From assembly GCA_049599895.1 (NCBI GenBank), contig JBMYPC010000003.1, positions 1 to 49,090 on the forward strand: 49,090 nt of DNA, in the 5' to 3' direction. Within the stretch, counting starts at the first letter, position 1. Each line of letters starts with the position of its first letter. Shown piece after piece: positions 17,935 to 27,251 of this stretch. Below the pieces are notes generated by a model. It had not been told where the DNA came from. It ran no database searches and worked only from the letters and a program-made list of their open reading frames with translations. The position numbers and the translations under genes were made by a program. Origin of the DNA: Bacteriovoracaceae bacterium. GTDB taxonomy: Bacteria; Bdellovibrionota; Bacteriovoracia; Bacteriovoracales; Bacteriovoracaceae.

Positions 17935-18975
17935 ATGGATTATCGAAAATTAGGAAATACCGACCTAAAAGTCAGCAGCATCTGTCTTGGAACTATGACC
18001 TGGGGAGAGCAAAATACAGAAGCCGAAGCTCATGAACAACTCGATTATGCTTTAGAAAGAGGGGTCAATTTCATCGACACAGCTGAAATGTATCCGGTCC
18101 CTCCAACTGAAGAAACTTATACAAAAACAGAAGAATACATTGGCCGTTGGGACAAACTTAAAACCAATCGTGATCAAATCATTGTCGCCACTAAAATTGC
18201 AGGAAAAGCTGAATGGCTTCCCTATGTAAGAAATGGGAAAAACTGCTTTGATAAAGAGAACATCAAAGCCGCAATCGATGGCAGCCTTAAGAGATTAGGA
18301 CTTGAGTATATTGACCTTTACCAACTTCACTGGCCAGACAGACAAACGAACTTTTTTGGCCAACGAAGCTACACTCATAACCCGGAAGATACATGGACAC
18401 CTCTTGAAGAAACTCTTGAAGCTCTTCAAGAGATTCAAAAAGAAGGAAAGGTCCGCCATTTTGGTCTTTCGAATGAAACACCTTGGGGAACAATGAAGTA
18501 TATGGAGCTTCATAGAAGTAAGGGTCTTCCACGAATGATGTCGATTCAAAACCCTTACAACCTTCTTAATCGAACTTACGAAACCGCCATGGCCGAAGTT
18601 TCTCACCGAGAAGAATGTGGGCTTCTTGCCTACTCACCAATGGCCTTTGGAGTTCTTAGTGGTAAATATCTTGGTGGAAAGCGCCCCGAAGGATCAAGGC
18701 TTACCATGTGGGATCGGTTTGCTCGTTACACTTCAAAAAATGCAGAGGCCGCGACTCAAAAGTATTTTGATATCGCTCAAAAACACGGAACAACTCTAGC
18801 AAAGCTCTCTCTTCAATTTGTAACTTCAAGACCTTTTGTTACCTCCAATATCATTGGGGCGACCAGCATGGAGCAGCTAAAAGAAAACATCGATAGTACG
18901 GAACTTGAGCTAACCGCTGAAATTTTAAAAGAAATCGACGCTGTCCACGAAGACAGTCCAAACCCTTGTCCATAA
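17935..18975 (+). CDS. tas: NADP(H)-dependent aldo-keto reductase
   Basis: ICLGTMTWGEQNTE, IDTAEMYPVP, DLYQLHWPDR, GLSNETPWG. Confidence 0.92.
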   Translation: MDYRKLGNTDLKVSSICLGTMTWGEQNTEAEAHEQLDYALERGVNFIDTAEMYPVPPTEETYTKTEEYIGRWDKLKTNRDQIIVATKIAGKAEWLPYVRNGKNCFDKENIKAAIDGSLKRLGLEYIDLYQLHWPDRQTNFFGQRSYTHNPEDTWTPLEETLEALQEIQKEGKVRHFGLSNETPWGTMKYMELHRSKGLPRMMSIQNPYNLLNRTYETAMAEVSHREECGLLAYSPMAFGVLSGKYLGGKRPEGSRLTMWDRFARYTSKNAEAATQKYFDIAQKHGTTLAKLSLQFVTSRPFVTSNIIGATSMEQLKENIDSTELELTAEILKEIDAVHEDSPNPCP

Positions 18976-19072
18976 GGGCTGATGGCAAAATCTTCCAGGG
19001 CCAAACTTAGACTTTAGCCGCCCAGAATTCTCTCCGAAAGGTAGTAAAACCCTGCAACCAGAGAGGACTTTA

Positions 19073-19705
19073 ATGGCCCTGGTCAAACACAATTCCTGGA
19101 CAAGACGAAACTCTTTAAAGGACCGTTTAGACAACCCTATTGTTGAACATTTCCACAAACTCGAAGGACGAGATGTATTCCCCTACAACCTAGCCTGGGA
19201 ATGCTTAGCTGAACTTCAAAAGACGACTCAGAGTCAAGAAGAACTTTTGATTTTCATGTTAGAAGACATTCTTTTTACTTCTCTTTACGCCACCTTTTAT
19301 GAATCACTTCTTTTTACGATTCATCACTATCCGGATCTGGCCCTAGAACTTATTGATCAGTTCGAAGCAGACTCAAGAGAAAGAGAACAGCAAATAAGTG
19401 AACAAGTTCATGCTCATTTTAATTATATTGAGAATCACGGAAAATGTCCTGGATGTGCTCATTGCCAACACCATAGCGATGTGGATGAACTCATTGAGAA
19501 GTGGGAAGAGGGTGATATGAAATTTTTCAGAGATCTTTATATCGGAATGAACACCATTCAATACACAATGGAACACATTATTTATGACGTGCTTCCCTTC
19601 AACGAAAAGATGATTTCTCACCTTACAGAGAAATCAATTCTTCAGGCAAGAAAAGCGATTTATGCCTTTGCTGAGCATAAGCTTTATCAAGCAAGATTAA
19701 ATTAA
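19073..19705 (+). CDS. Hypothetical protein with CxxCxxCxxH motif
   Basis: GAGG RBS; 210 aa; KCPGCAHCQHHSD. Confidence 0.8.
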   Translation: MALVKHNSWTRRNSLKDRLDNPIVEHFHKLEGRDVFPYNLAWECLAELQKTTQSQEELLIFMLEDILFTSLYATFYESLLFTIHHYPDLALELIDQFEADSREREQQISEQVHAHFNYIENHGKCPGCAHCQHHSDVDELIEKWEEGDMKFFRDLYIGMNTIQYTMEHIIYDVLPFNEKMISHLTEKSILQARKAIYAFAEHKLYQARLN

Positions 19706-19717
19706 TATCAAGATATT

Positions 19718-19745
19718 CTCCGCTCTTATCATGAGAGCGGAGTTT
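19718..19745 (+). terminator. Probable intrinsic terminator
   Basis: CTCCGCTCT-N7-AGAGCGGAG followed by TTT. Confidence 0.6.
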
Positions 19746-19939
19746 CCTTATCCTCCTTACAAAAATCTCACAACTCCCGCATTCACTGACCTACATCAGA
19801 ATCAAAAGAGACTTTTGTCAGTGGCTCCAGTTTCGATGTGATTCATATCAGTTTCAGACCTTTTGAAGCCCATACAAATTTATCCTACCTCCCCTCATAA
19901 TGGGCTTATATTGAGACATCCCAATTCTAGGAGCATTTT

Positions 19940-20179
19940 ATGGCGGGGAAAATCGAACACCAATTTCATGGCAAACTTGAGCCAGCTCAAACAGCAGAAA
20001 TGATGGAGTTACCTCCAATTGCGATAGAGGCAATCGAAGTTGTCGTATTTTTAAGCGTAATTTTTTGGCTATTCTTTAAGTTTAAAAACTTAATTATCGT
20101 CAATTCTTTTCGAACGACTCCAGAGAACACAACAAAGAATCAAAAGAAAAAGCCTGTTTTCGAAACCAAGACAAACTAA
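19940..20179 (+). CDS. Small single-TM hypothetical protein
   Basis: AGGAG RBS; one hydrophobic helix; followed by a terminator. Confidence 0.65.
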   Translation: MAGKIEHQFHGKLEPAQTAEMMELPPIAIEAIEVVVFLSVIFWLFFKFKNLIIVNSFRTTPENTTKNQKKKPVFETKTN

Positions 20180-20180
20180 G

Positions 20181-20208
20181 AGTAAAGCCTTCGGGCTTTG
20201 CTTCTTTT
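20181..20208 (+). terminator. Intrinsic terminator between convergent genes
   Basis: AGTAAAGCC-TTCG-GGCTTTGCT followed by TCTTTT. Confidence 0.8.
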
Positions 20209-20212
20209 CATT

Positions 20213-21217
20213 TTAATATTTCCAGATAGCTGATCCCCAAGTGAAACCAGAGCCAAATGCTGCTGATCCAACAGTCATTCCTCTTTTGAGGACACCTGCT
20301 TCAATGGCCTTATCCATACCAAGAGGAATTGTTGCCGCTGTGGTATTTCCAAATTTTTGAATTGTATTAAAGACTTTCTCTTCAGGGATTCCGATTGCCT
20401 CGGCAACCTTTGAGTTAATTCTTAGATTCGCTTGATGAAATAAAAAGACATCAATATCGGCAATACTTAATCCCGTTTCTTTCATTGAATGAGTGAGACT
20501 TTCACACATCCTTTTTACAGCGTGAACGAAAACAGTCTTTCCATTCATCTGAGGATAATGAAGTCCTTCCTTAAGCATGTTCTCATCAATTCTATTTTCA
20601 AAGGCACTTCCCGCTGCTGGTAACCAAAGCTCCTTGGCATAACTACCATCAGCATGAATGTCAGTGGTATAAACTTTAGGTCCATCATCTTTTGCTTCAA
20701 CAGACTCAAGAACCACTGCCCCTGCCCCATCTCCAAAAAGAACAGAAACATCCCTTCCCCTTGTGGTTTTATCTAAACCTTTTGAATGTATTTCAGCTCC
20801 AACAAGGAGAATTCTTTTATACTTTCCAGTGCTGAGAAATTGATCAGCAACACTTAGGCCATAAACAAAACCGCTACATTGCTGACGGATATCAAGGGCA
20901 GGAATTTCGGGAATCCCAAGCTTCGCTTGTAAAAAACAGCCACTCCCAGGGAAGTCATGATCAGGGCTAAGAGTAGCGAAAATGATCATATCAAGATCTT
21001 TGGCCTCAATTCCTGCAGAATCTAGGGCCTTCTTTGAAGCCTCTAATGCCAAATCTGAAGTTGCGGTTTTACTGTCAACCCAATGCCTTGATTGAATTCC
21101 GGTTCTTTGCTGAATCCACTCATCTGATGTGTCCATCAAACCCTCTAGGTCGTGATTAGTGACAACTTTTGGGGGAACATAAGATCCGATACCTGCAAAA
21201 CGCGTAGCATAACTCAT
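20213..21217 (-). CDS. fabH: 3-oxoacyl-ACP synthase III
   Basis: QQCSGF, LFGDGAGA, HQANLRI, FGNTTAA. Confidence 0.95.
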   Translation of the reverse strand: MSYATRFAGIGSYVPPKVVTNHDLEGLMDTSDEWIQQRTGIQSRHWVDSKTATSDLALEASKKALDSAGIEAKDLDMIIFATLSPDHDFPGSGCFLQAKLGIPEIPALDIRQQCSGFVYGLSVADQFLSTGKYKRILLVGAEIHSKGLDKTTRGRDVSVLFGDGAGAVVLESVEAKDDGPKVYTTDIHADGSYAKELWLPAAGSAFENRIDENMLKEGLHYPQMNGKTVFVHAVKRMCESLTHSMKETGLSIADIDVFLFHQANLRINSKVAEAIGIPEEKVFNTIQKFGNTTAATIPLGMDKAIEAGVLKRGMTVGSAAFGSGFTWGSAIWKY

Positions 21218-21453
21218 AAGCTTCCTTCGAAGGGGTTATATTCTTGAAACCCTATTTAAATTATTGATGAATTTTATATGCAATTGAGACACTACTACAA
21301 GTTAGAATGAGGTTGGATCTTTATCCACATTTCCACACTAACCAACCTTTAAACTCAAGTTTTTAAACATAACCTAATTTTAATAAAACTTCATTGGCCA
21401 AAGCCGTCAAGCGTGATAGGCTATTTAAGCTTACCTAAGGAAGGGACCAAGCT

Positions 21454-22305
21454 ATGTCGTGCATTAAACTTATTTTACTCTCTCTCGCATTGGGGCTAGG
21501 AAGCCTTAGTGCAAAAGCAAACCCAAGTTATTATCCTGAGGGCTTTATTCAAAAGGCCACATCAGCGGATTCCATATCTGAAGAAATAAAGATTGAACTA
21601 TTCAAGATTGTTTCTTTCTACCATTACAAAGAAAGAGGTCAAGAACATGACCTCATTGTTAAGAAGTGCCCAAAAAATAGAAACTGTTTCATTCAAGACA
21701 GCTCTTTTTCTTACCGCCAAGCCAGGAAATACCTCTTTGGACTCCTCCACTTAAAACAAGATGACCTCGGATATTATGTCAATGATCTCTACTGCCAAAA
21801 AACAATTCGTGAAGATGATGGAGTTGCCCCAGGACGAATTCCTAATCATATGAAAATTAACTGTGAGCACACGTGGCCTCAATCAAAGTTTACAGAGGCT
21901 TTCTCAAAGCACGCTCAAAAAGTCGATCTCCATCACCTCTACCCAGTGAACTCAAGAGCGAACTCTTCAAGGGCCAACCACCCATTTGGCCATGTTGATG
22001 GAGGAAGGCCAGTTAATTCAAGTTGCGAAAAGGCTTACGTAGGAGTTGATTTTTCCGGAGCTCAATATTCTTTTGAACCCCCTCATTCTCATCGAGGAAA
22101 TGTCGCCAGAGCAATGTTCTATTTTTCCATTCGCTACAAATCAAAAATCAATCCTATTCAAGAAGAATACTTAAGAAGATGGCATCTTGAAGATCCTGTG
22201 GATGCTGAAGAAAAAAGACGTAACGATCAGATTGAGGCCCTTCAAAAGAACCGAAATCCGTTCATAGATTATCCAAGACTCGTTTCAACCATCGATGATT
22301 TTTAA
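21454..22305 (+). CDS. Secreted endonuclease I family (His-Me) nuclease
   Basis: Signal peptide; NCEHTWPQS, DLHHLYP..N..R.N, RGNVARAMFY, RNPFID. Confidence 0.9.
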   Translation: MSCIKLILLSLALGLGSLSAKANPSYYPEGFIQKATSADSISEEIKIELFKIVSFYHYKERGQEHDLIVKKCPKNRNCFIQDSSFSYRQARKYLFGLLHLKQDDLGYYVNDLYCQKTIREDDGVAPGRIPNHMKINCEHTWPQSKFTEAFSKHAQKVDLHHLYPVNSRANSSRANHPFGHVDGGRPVNSSCEKAYVGVDFSGAQYSFEPPHSHRGNVARAMFYFSIRYKSKINPIQEEYLRRWHLEDPVDAEEKRRNDQIEALQKNRNPFIDYPRLVSTIDDF

Positions 22306-22765
22306 TCTGAAGACCTTTCATCTTCTCTTTCTCACTTTCTTTTTCACTAGCTGTGGTCTTTTTCCAGAGACAAAAAACAATCAAACACAAACTCAGAAAA
22401 AGTCTTTTAGGGAAATTGAAAAAGAACGGGCCCTTAAAAAGTACTATCAATTGCGTCTTGAAAGATTAAAAAGAAGAAAACAACGACAACAATCTCGAAC
22501 CTCAAAAAAGCCTCGCTACTCTAAGCCCAAAGTCAGAGTCGTTCGCCCAAAAAAACCAAAAAAGATAGCAGGAAATCCGGATGAGATCAGAATTGAATCA
22601 GAGCAGATTCTTTCTTATCACTGCATGCAACATCGAAAAACACGAAAGTACCCTCACCCAGATAAGTGTCTTCAATATACGAAAATAGTCGCCAAAGAAT
22701 GCCAAGAAAAATTTGATGTTGATGATAAACAAAGAATTTATTGTATCAATAAAAAGCTTAGGTAG
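22295..22765 (+). CDS. Basic Cys-containing hypothetical lipoprotein
   Basis: Lipobox FTSC, R/K-rich linker, 4 C-terminal Cys. Confidence 0.75.
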   Translation: MIFNLKTFHLLFLTFFFTSCGLFPETKNNQTQTQKKSFREIEKERALKKYYQLRLERLKRRKQRQQSRTSKKPRYSKPKVRVVRPKKPKKIAGNPDEIRIESEQILSYHCMQHRKTRKYPHPDKCLQYTKIVAKECQEKFDVDDKQRIYCINKKLR

Positions 22766-22779
22766 TTTTTCGAAAAATA

Positions 22780-23043
22780 TTACTTTGTATATATATCTTT
22801 CCTATGACCAACTTTCAAAACAAGAATAATTAATTCACCATCCAAGACTTCGTAAATAACTCTATAATCCCCTTGTCTGACTCTGTAGACATTATCTTCA
22901 CCAGAAAGTTTACGACAACCCTGAGGATAAGGGCGAATCGCTAGAATCTGAATAAGCTCAATAATTTTTATAAGATCTTTTTTCGGTATTTTCTTAAGGG
23001 ACTTTTCTGCAATTGCAGAAACTTTAACTTTATAGTTTGCCAC
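22780..23043 (-). CDS. relE: RelE/ParE family toxin
   Basis: PYPQGCRKLSG...YRVRQGDYRVIYEV...VLKVGHRKDIY. Confidence 0.92.
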   Translation of the reverse strand: MANYKVKVSAIAEKSLKKIPKKDLIKIIELIQILAIRPYPQGCRKLSGEDNVYRVRQGDYRVIYEVLDGELIILVLKVGHRKDIYTK

Positions 23044-23254
23044 TATCTTTTAACTCCGCAACAACATCTTCAAAAGAGCGAAAAGATTCATTACGAAGCT
23101 TTCTCAGTTCTGACAAATCTTCATATTCTTCCAATTTATCTAGGATCGCATCTTCAATAAATCGGTTAATTTTATAACCTCTTGATTCACAGAAATCGTC
23201 TAAGGCATTCTTTATATTTTCATCAATTTTTGTGGCCAATTGTTTAGCTGCCAT
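23030..23254 (-). CDS. Ribbon-helix-helix antitoxin (RelB-like)
   Basis: N-terminal RHH, acidic C-terminus; overlaps the toxin gene by 14 nt. Confidence 0.85.
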   Translation of the reverse strand: MAAKQLATKIDENIKNALDDFCESRGYKINRFIEDAILDKLEEYEDLSELRKLRNESFRSFEDVVAELKDSGKL

Positions 23255-23356
23255 AGATTACCTCTTGGTTGCTTTTATATCAGCATAACACAAAAGGTTA
23301 TCTTTTTCTAGATAAAGATAGATAGCCACAGTCAATTAGGCTCTAAGGTACTGAAA

Positions 23357-23653
23357 TTAAGAGCAATCACCAATCACAACTAAAGAAAGTTGATATATTT
23401 TCAAGCCCGAAAATATCCAAAGAGATATTAGGACACCCATAAAAAGACAAAGAGCTCTTTGGTTTTTTCTTCTTTTTTGAGTAAGTCTAAAAGACAGTAT
23501 GAAGCTAGAAACTCCAAAAAGAATCCCGATTGCCAAAAACATCTTAAGGATATCGGGGTTATCACAATCATTTGTTGAGGTTTTCGCAGCTACGAGTGTT
23601 ATGACTGTCGCTAGTATAGAAAGTAAGGCTAAGATTTTCTCAATTGCTCGCAT
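23357..23653 (-). CDS. Small 3-TM hypothetical protein
   Basis: Three hydrophobic helices. Confidence 0.6.
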   Translation of the reverse strand: MRAIEKILALLSILATVITLVAAKTSTNDCDNPDILKMFLAIGILFGVSSFILSFRLTQKRRKNQRALCLFMGVLISLWIFSGLKIYQLSLVVIGDCS

Positions 23654-23692
23654 TTAAAGTTTACTCAGTGCCCAAGATTGTAATTTGGTAAA

Positions 23693-25054
23693 TTAATACT
23701 CTAAACTTGCATAAATTCCTGGATGATCCGAGACACCTTTTAAGCTAGTCCAGCTATTTTCTTTATGAGTAATGAAGGCATTCTTTACGTTCATCCACTT
23801 TGGGATAAGAATATAATCAATTCTTCGGCTTTTTTTGCAATATCCCGATAAACTTTTCTTAGGGAGACAAATCTTTTTGTCATTAACTTCAACTAAAGAA
23901 CTTTTAAGACGGTGAGAAGGGTTTACTCGAAAATTTGCAACCAAGTCTTCAAACTGAAAAACAGCATTTTTAATTCTCATATGAACTTCATTAACATTTT
24001 TAACTGTTGCCCAACCTTTATAACTCGTCATCTGGTTCAGTTTATAGAGGAGCTCCTTAAGCTTTATTTTCTTAAGTTCGAAATCTTTAGTGTAGCTAAA
24101 ATCATAACCTGTCCCCTTTTCAATCCATGGAATAAAAGAAGACTCTCCAACTCCTGCTCCTTGAGACTTATTGCCTTTATAAATATGGGCATTGAAATCA
24201 CCAAGAACAATATTACCGCCATAATCAGGATCACTTGCTCTCGCACCAAGGTAATTCCCTAGCCATAATTGAACAGCTGTTGCTTGTTCAAAATGGGCCA
24301 GTTTATGCCCGAGGTGAACATTAAAAAGCGTGAACCACTTTTTCTGCCCCTTCACTCGAAACTCAAGAAATTGGACAAAAATCTTATCCCCGTTAACGTT
24401 AAATTCAATGTTAGGCATAAGGTGTGTTATGACTTCAATCTTTTTACTTAAAATCAAGGCCATCCCTTCCATGACAAGTCCATTGGGATAAGGATTGGCC
24501 CCATAATCAAAAATAACTTTTCCATCCACATCAAGGATACGGCTATTGGAAAAACTATTGGGATCTGTCCACCAGCCAATGTTTCCACGACAGGCCAACA
24601 GAGTTTTATAACCACGGTTAGGATTAATTCCCTTTCTCACTCTTATCGCCATGTTCTCATTTCGACTTTTCTTAGGATAAGTTCTATAGAAGTCATCACA
24701 GCTAAGTTCACCATCACCACTTGAGGCCACTTCTTGAAAAGCAACAATATCAATGTCATTTGTTGAAATTTGATTGGCAATAATCTTCGCTCGCTTAGAG
24801 TTTCCCCTTTCAAGCTCTTTACGATTAAAATAAAAAGGATGAGGTCTAGCAGTTCTTTTCTTTCCGGAAACCTCTTCAATAACTCGAGGCTTTTCACCCA
24901 TAGGATGAAAGCCGTGAAGATTAAGAGTCATAAGCTTCAAACTCTCAGTGTGATCTTTTTTCATTTGAAAATTTTGAATCTTTTTCATAAACGAATGAGT
25001 ATTGAAACTCCATGAAATAACAATAAGCAACAAAAACCTGTTTGCAGATCTCAA
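23693..25054 (-). CDS. Secreted endonuclease/exonuclease/phosphatase (EEP) family protein
   Basis: MTLNLH, AFQEV, NVHL, LGDFN, RIDYI, SDH; GAGGAGG RBS before TTG. Confidence 0.9.
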   Translation of the reverse strand: MRSANRFLLLIVISWSFNTHSFMKKIQNFQMKKDHTESLKLMTLNLHGFHPMGEKPRVIEEVSGKKRTARPHPFYFNRKELERGNSKRAKIIANQISTNDIDIVAFQEVASSGDGELSCDDFYRTYPKKSRNENMAIRVRKGINPNRGYKTLLACRGNIGWWTDPNSFSNSRILDVDGKVIFDYGANPYPNGLVMEGMALILSKKIEVITHLMPNIEFNVNGDKIFVQFLEFRVKGQKKWFTLFNVHLGHKLAHFEQATAVQLWLGNYLGARASDPDYGGNIVLGDFNAHIYKGNKSQGAGVGESSFIPWIEKGTGYDFSYTKDFELKKIKLKELLYKLNQMTSYKGWATVKNVNEVHMRIKNAVFQFEDLVANFRVNPSHRLKSSLVEVNDKKICLPKKSLSGYCKKSRRIDYILIPKWMNVKNAFITHKENSWTSLKGVSDHPGIYASLEY

Positions 25055-25180
25055 TTTCGCCTCCTCTTAATGAACTGACACATTTTGCCAACAGGCTTTC
25101 GAAAAACCAAGAAAAACCATTCTTTTTGTTCAGGTTTTTTATGACATTAAATCACCACAGTGCATCTAATGGGTTGAATT

Positions 25181-25438
25181 TCAGGGGATTTGGGTTTTAC
25201 TTTTTTTGCAGTCAATCAATGCTCGCTTATGGAGCTTTTGAGACAGCGAAGAACTTTGCTCTTGAGGCTTTTTTTGAAGTTCACGCTCAAGGTCTTCACA
25301 GGAAACAGATGTGAGCTCTCGTTTAATTGTTTCAGACTCTGATACACCCTCTTCATGTGCTGGATGTCTTGAGTACACAACTTCGAGCAAGCTTCCTAAT
25401 AAGATAAATGAGTAGAATAGAAATCGATTTTTGTTAAC
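25181..25438 (-). CDS. Small probably secreted protein; start codon uncertain
   Basis: Frame open from 25453; AAGGAGG then signal-like VNKNRFLFYSFILLGSLL with no ATG/GTG; first TTG at 25390. Confidence 0.45.
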   Translation of the reverse strand, partial: VNKNRFLFYSFILLGSLLEVVYSRHPAHEEGVSESETIKRELTSVSCEDLERELQKKPQEQSSSLSQKLHKRALIDCKKSKTQIP

Positions 25439-25453
25439 GTCCTCCTTGCTGGA

Positions 25454-26230
25454 TTATTTAAATCTCGCTTCTTTAATAATATCGAATGCCTTTCGTACTT
25501 GATGGTAACGAAGATTTAAAGTTTCATCTGTTGAGTTGGTATCGGGATGATATTGCTTCATAAGCTCAAAATATCGTCTTTTCACAATCTCATTTGATTC
25601 CCTCGGGCTCAATCCAAAAACCTCATAAGCTTCTTCAAGATCAAGTTCTCCATGATCTTCACTTTCATGACCTAAATGATTCGAACGAAAAGTGTTTTCT
25701 TCTTTTTGCTCAATTAAAATTTCAAGAGCCGACTGTAAAACCTTAGATGAAATTGTTTCTAAACGACAGAGACCTTCGTCACTACTGTCAAATTCCGAAA
25801 AATTATAAAGAAGCTGATTAGGATCAAACTGATTTTCAACTATCCAGCACAGCGACTGAAGATCATTCAAAGAATATTGCTCGATAACATCAATAAGCTG
25901 CTCTCGATTGTGAATATAATTTAAGTCATTTTTTTTAGGTTTTTTCAATTGATCGAAACTTTGATCAAACCATAAACAAAGCTCATCTTTTAACTGCCAA
26001 AGAGGCCCACTTGCTTCAAACCCTACTTGATAAGCAAAATCTCTCAGCTCATCTCGATCAATAATATGCAAAAAATCTTCACGAAACCTGATCTCACCTT
26101 CAGTTAAACCATTTGCAACTCGAGAGGACTTCTCTTGTTCATCACCGAGGACAGAAAGATGCGACTTCTTAAGGACATTCCTCAAGCTTTGAGTAGATAG
26201 ACATTCAAGGATGAGAGAATCCATTCTCAT
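25454..26230 (-). CDS. Protein with C-terminal DnaJ domain
   Basis: AYEVFGL...VKRRYFELMKQYHPD. Confidence 0.85.
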   Translation of the reverse strand: MRMDSLILECLSTQSLRNVLKKSHLSVLGDEQEKSSRVANGLTEGEIRFREDFLHIIDRDELRDFAYQVGFEASGPLWQLKDELCLWFDQSFDQLKKPKKNDLNYIHNREQLIDVIEQYSLNDLQSLCWIVENQFDPNQLLYNFSEFDSSDEGLCRLETISSKVLQSALEILIEQKEENTFRSNHLGHESEDHGELDLEEAYEVFGLSPRESNEIVKRRYFELMKQYHPDTNSTDETLNLRYHQVRKAFDIIKEARFK

Positions 26231-26285
26231 AAAACACCTCTTAATATAATTTTAAAGGAGATGCGTTAAAAAAGACAAGAAAGAT

Positions 26286-27239
26286 TTAAGATGTTTGTAC
26301 TGATGAGCTGGCTTTATTCATAAGCTTAGAAACACTTTGAAGAAAGTGTCGTTTTAACCCCGACTGGTCCAGTTGGTCTATGGGATCAAATTCCCCTCGA
26401 AGTACGGTGGAAACATTACATGCTTTGGCCTTTAAATAAAGATCACTAAACTCTGGTTCAAGTGAAGTAAAAACTTTTTTAGTCTTAGCCAGTATCGGAA
26501 CAAGTTCTCCAGCGCACTTTCTGCCAAGAAAATTCTCTTTAAAGCCCTTGTCCTCCCCGTACCAATAGGTCGTTTTTGAATCGAGGTTGTTCTCCTTAAG
26601 AAAAGCTTCTGAATCGGTTCTTTGAGAGATGAGATTAGAATCCACAATGACATAATCATCACTTTGAAAAGAAGCCGGGAGTTCTTTATATTCGTTTGTA
26701 TCAATCCCTGGCCAAGCGATAATTCCATCAGCGTTTTTATAAAAGTCTTTCACAATTGGATTGGAAAAGAGTTGAATTTTTCGAGAAGAGCTTTTGAGTT
26801 TCTTTGAAAACGATTCCACAAATGATTTAAAAATTCTTTGCCTGAAATAGAGAGATTCAAGCTCAAGCCTTGAAGTATCAAAGAAATAATCAAGAACAGC
26901 AATCCCCTCACAGATCTCCACTCGATGAGCAAATCCCCTTGAAAAGCGTATACAAAGATCGAAGTGGCAAGGAATCACCAACTGCTTACAGGCAGATGGC
27001 ACGAGATATTGGTGCTTGGCCCAATCGCCTTTGTCTTTTATTTTATGAGTGAGAAAACTTGAGACAATACGATGCTGTTCAATTGGACCGAGAATAGACC
27101 CCTCTTGATGAGTCAGAGTAAAGATCGTACTTTTTGGAAAAAGTCCGAGAATAATTTCAAAAACTTCGATTCCAAAATCTCGATGAATAAGATCATCAAT
27201 AACAAGTGCAACTTTTAAATCATCAAACTTTGTACCCAC
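26286..27239 (-). CDS. Divergent GT4-like glycosyltransferase
   Basis: N-terminus VALVIDDL...LFP...IFTL...SSFL resembles GT4; C-terminal EX7E degenerate. Confidence 0.6.
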   Translation of the reverse strand: MGTKFDDLKVALVIDDLIHRDFGIEVFEIILGLFPKSTIFTLTHQEGSILGPIEQHRIVSSFLTHKIKDKGDWAKHQYLVPSACKQLVIPCHFDLCIRFSRGFAHRVEICEGIAVLDYFFDTSRLELESLYFRQRIFKSFVESFSKKLKSSSRKIQLFSNPIVKDFYKNADGIIAWPGIDTNEYKELPASFQSDDYVIVDSNLISQRTDSEAFLKENNLDSKTTYWYGEDKGFKENFLGRKCAGELVPILAKTKKVFTSLEPEFSDLYLKAKACNVSTVLRGEFDPIDQLDQSGLKRHFLQSVSKLMNKASSSVQTS

Positions 27240-27251
27240 GACTCACCTTTA

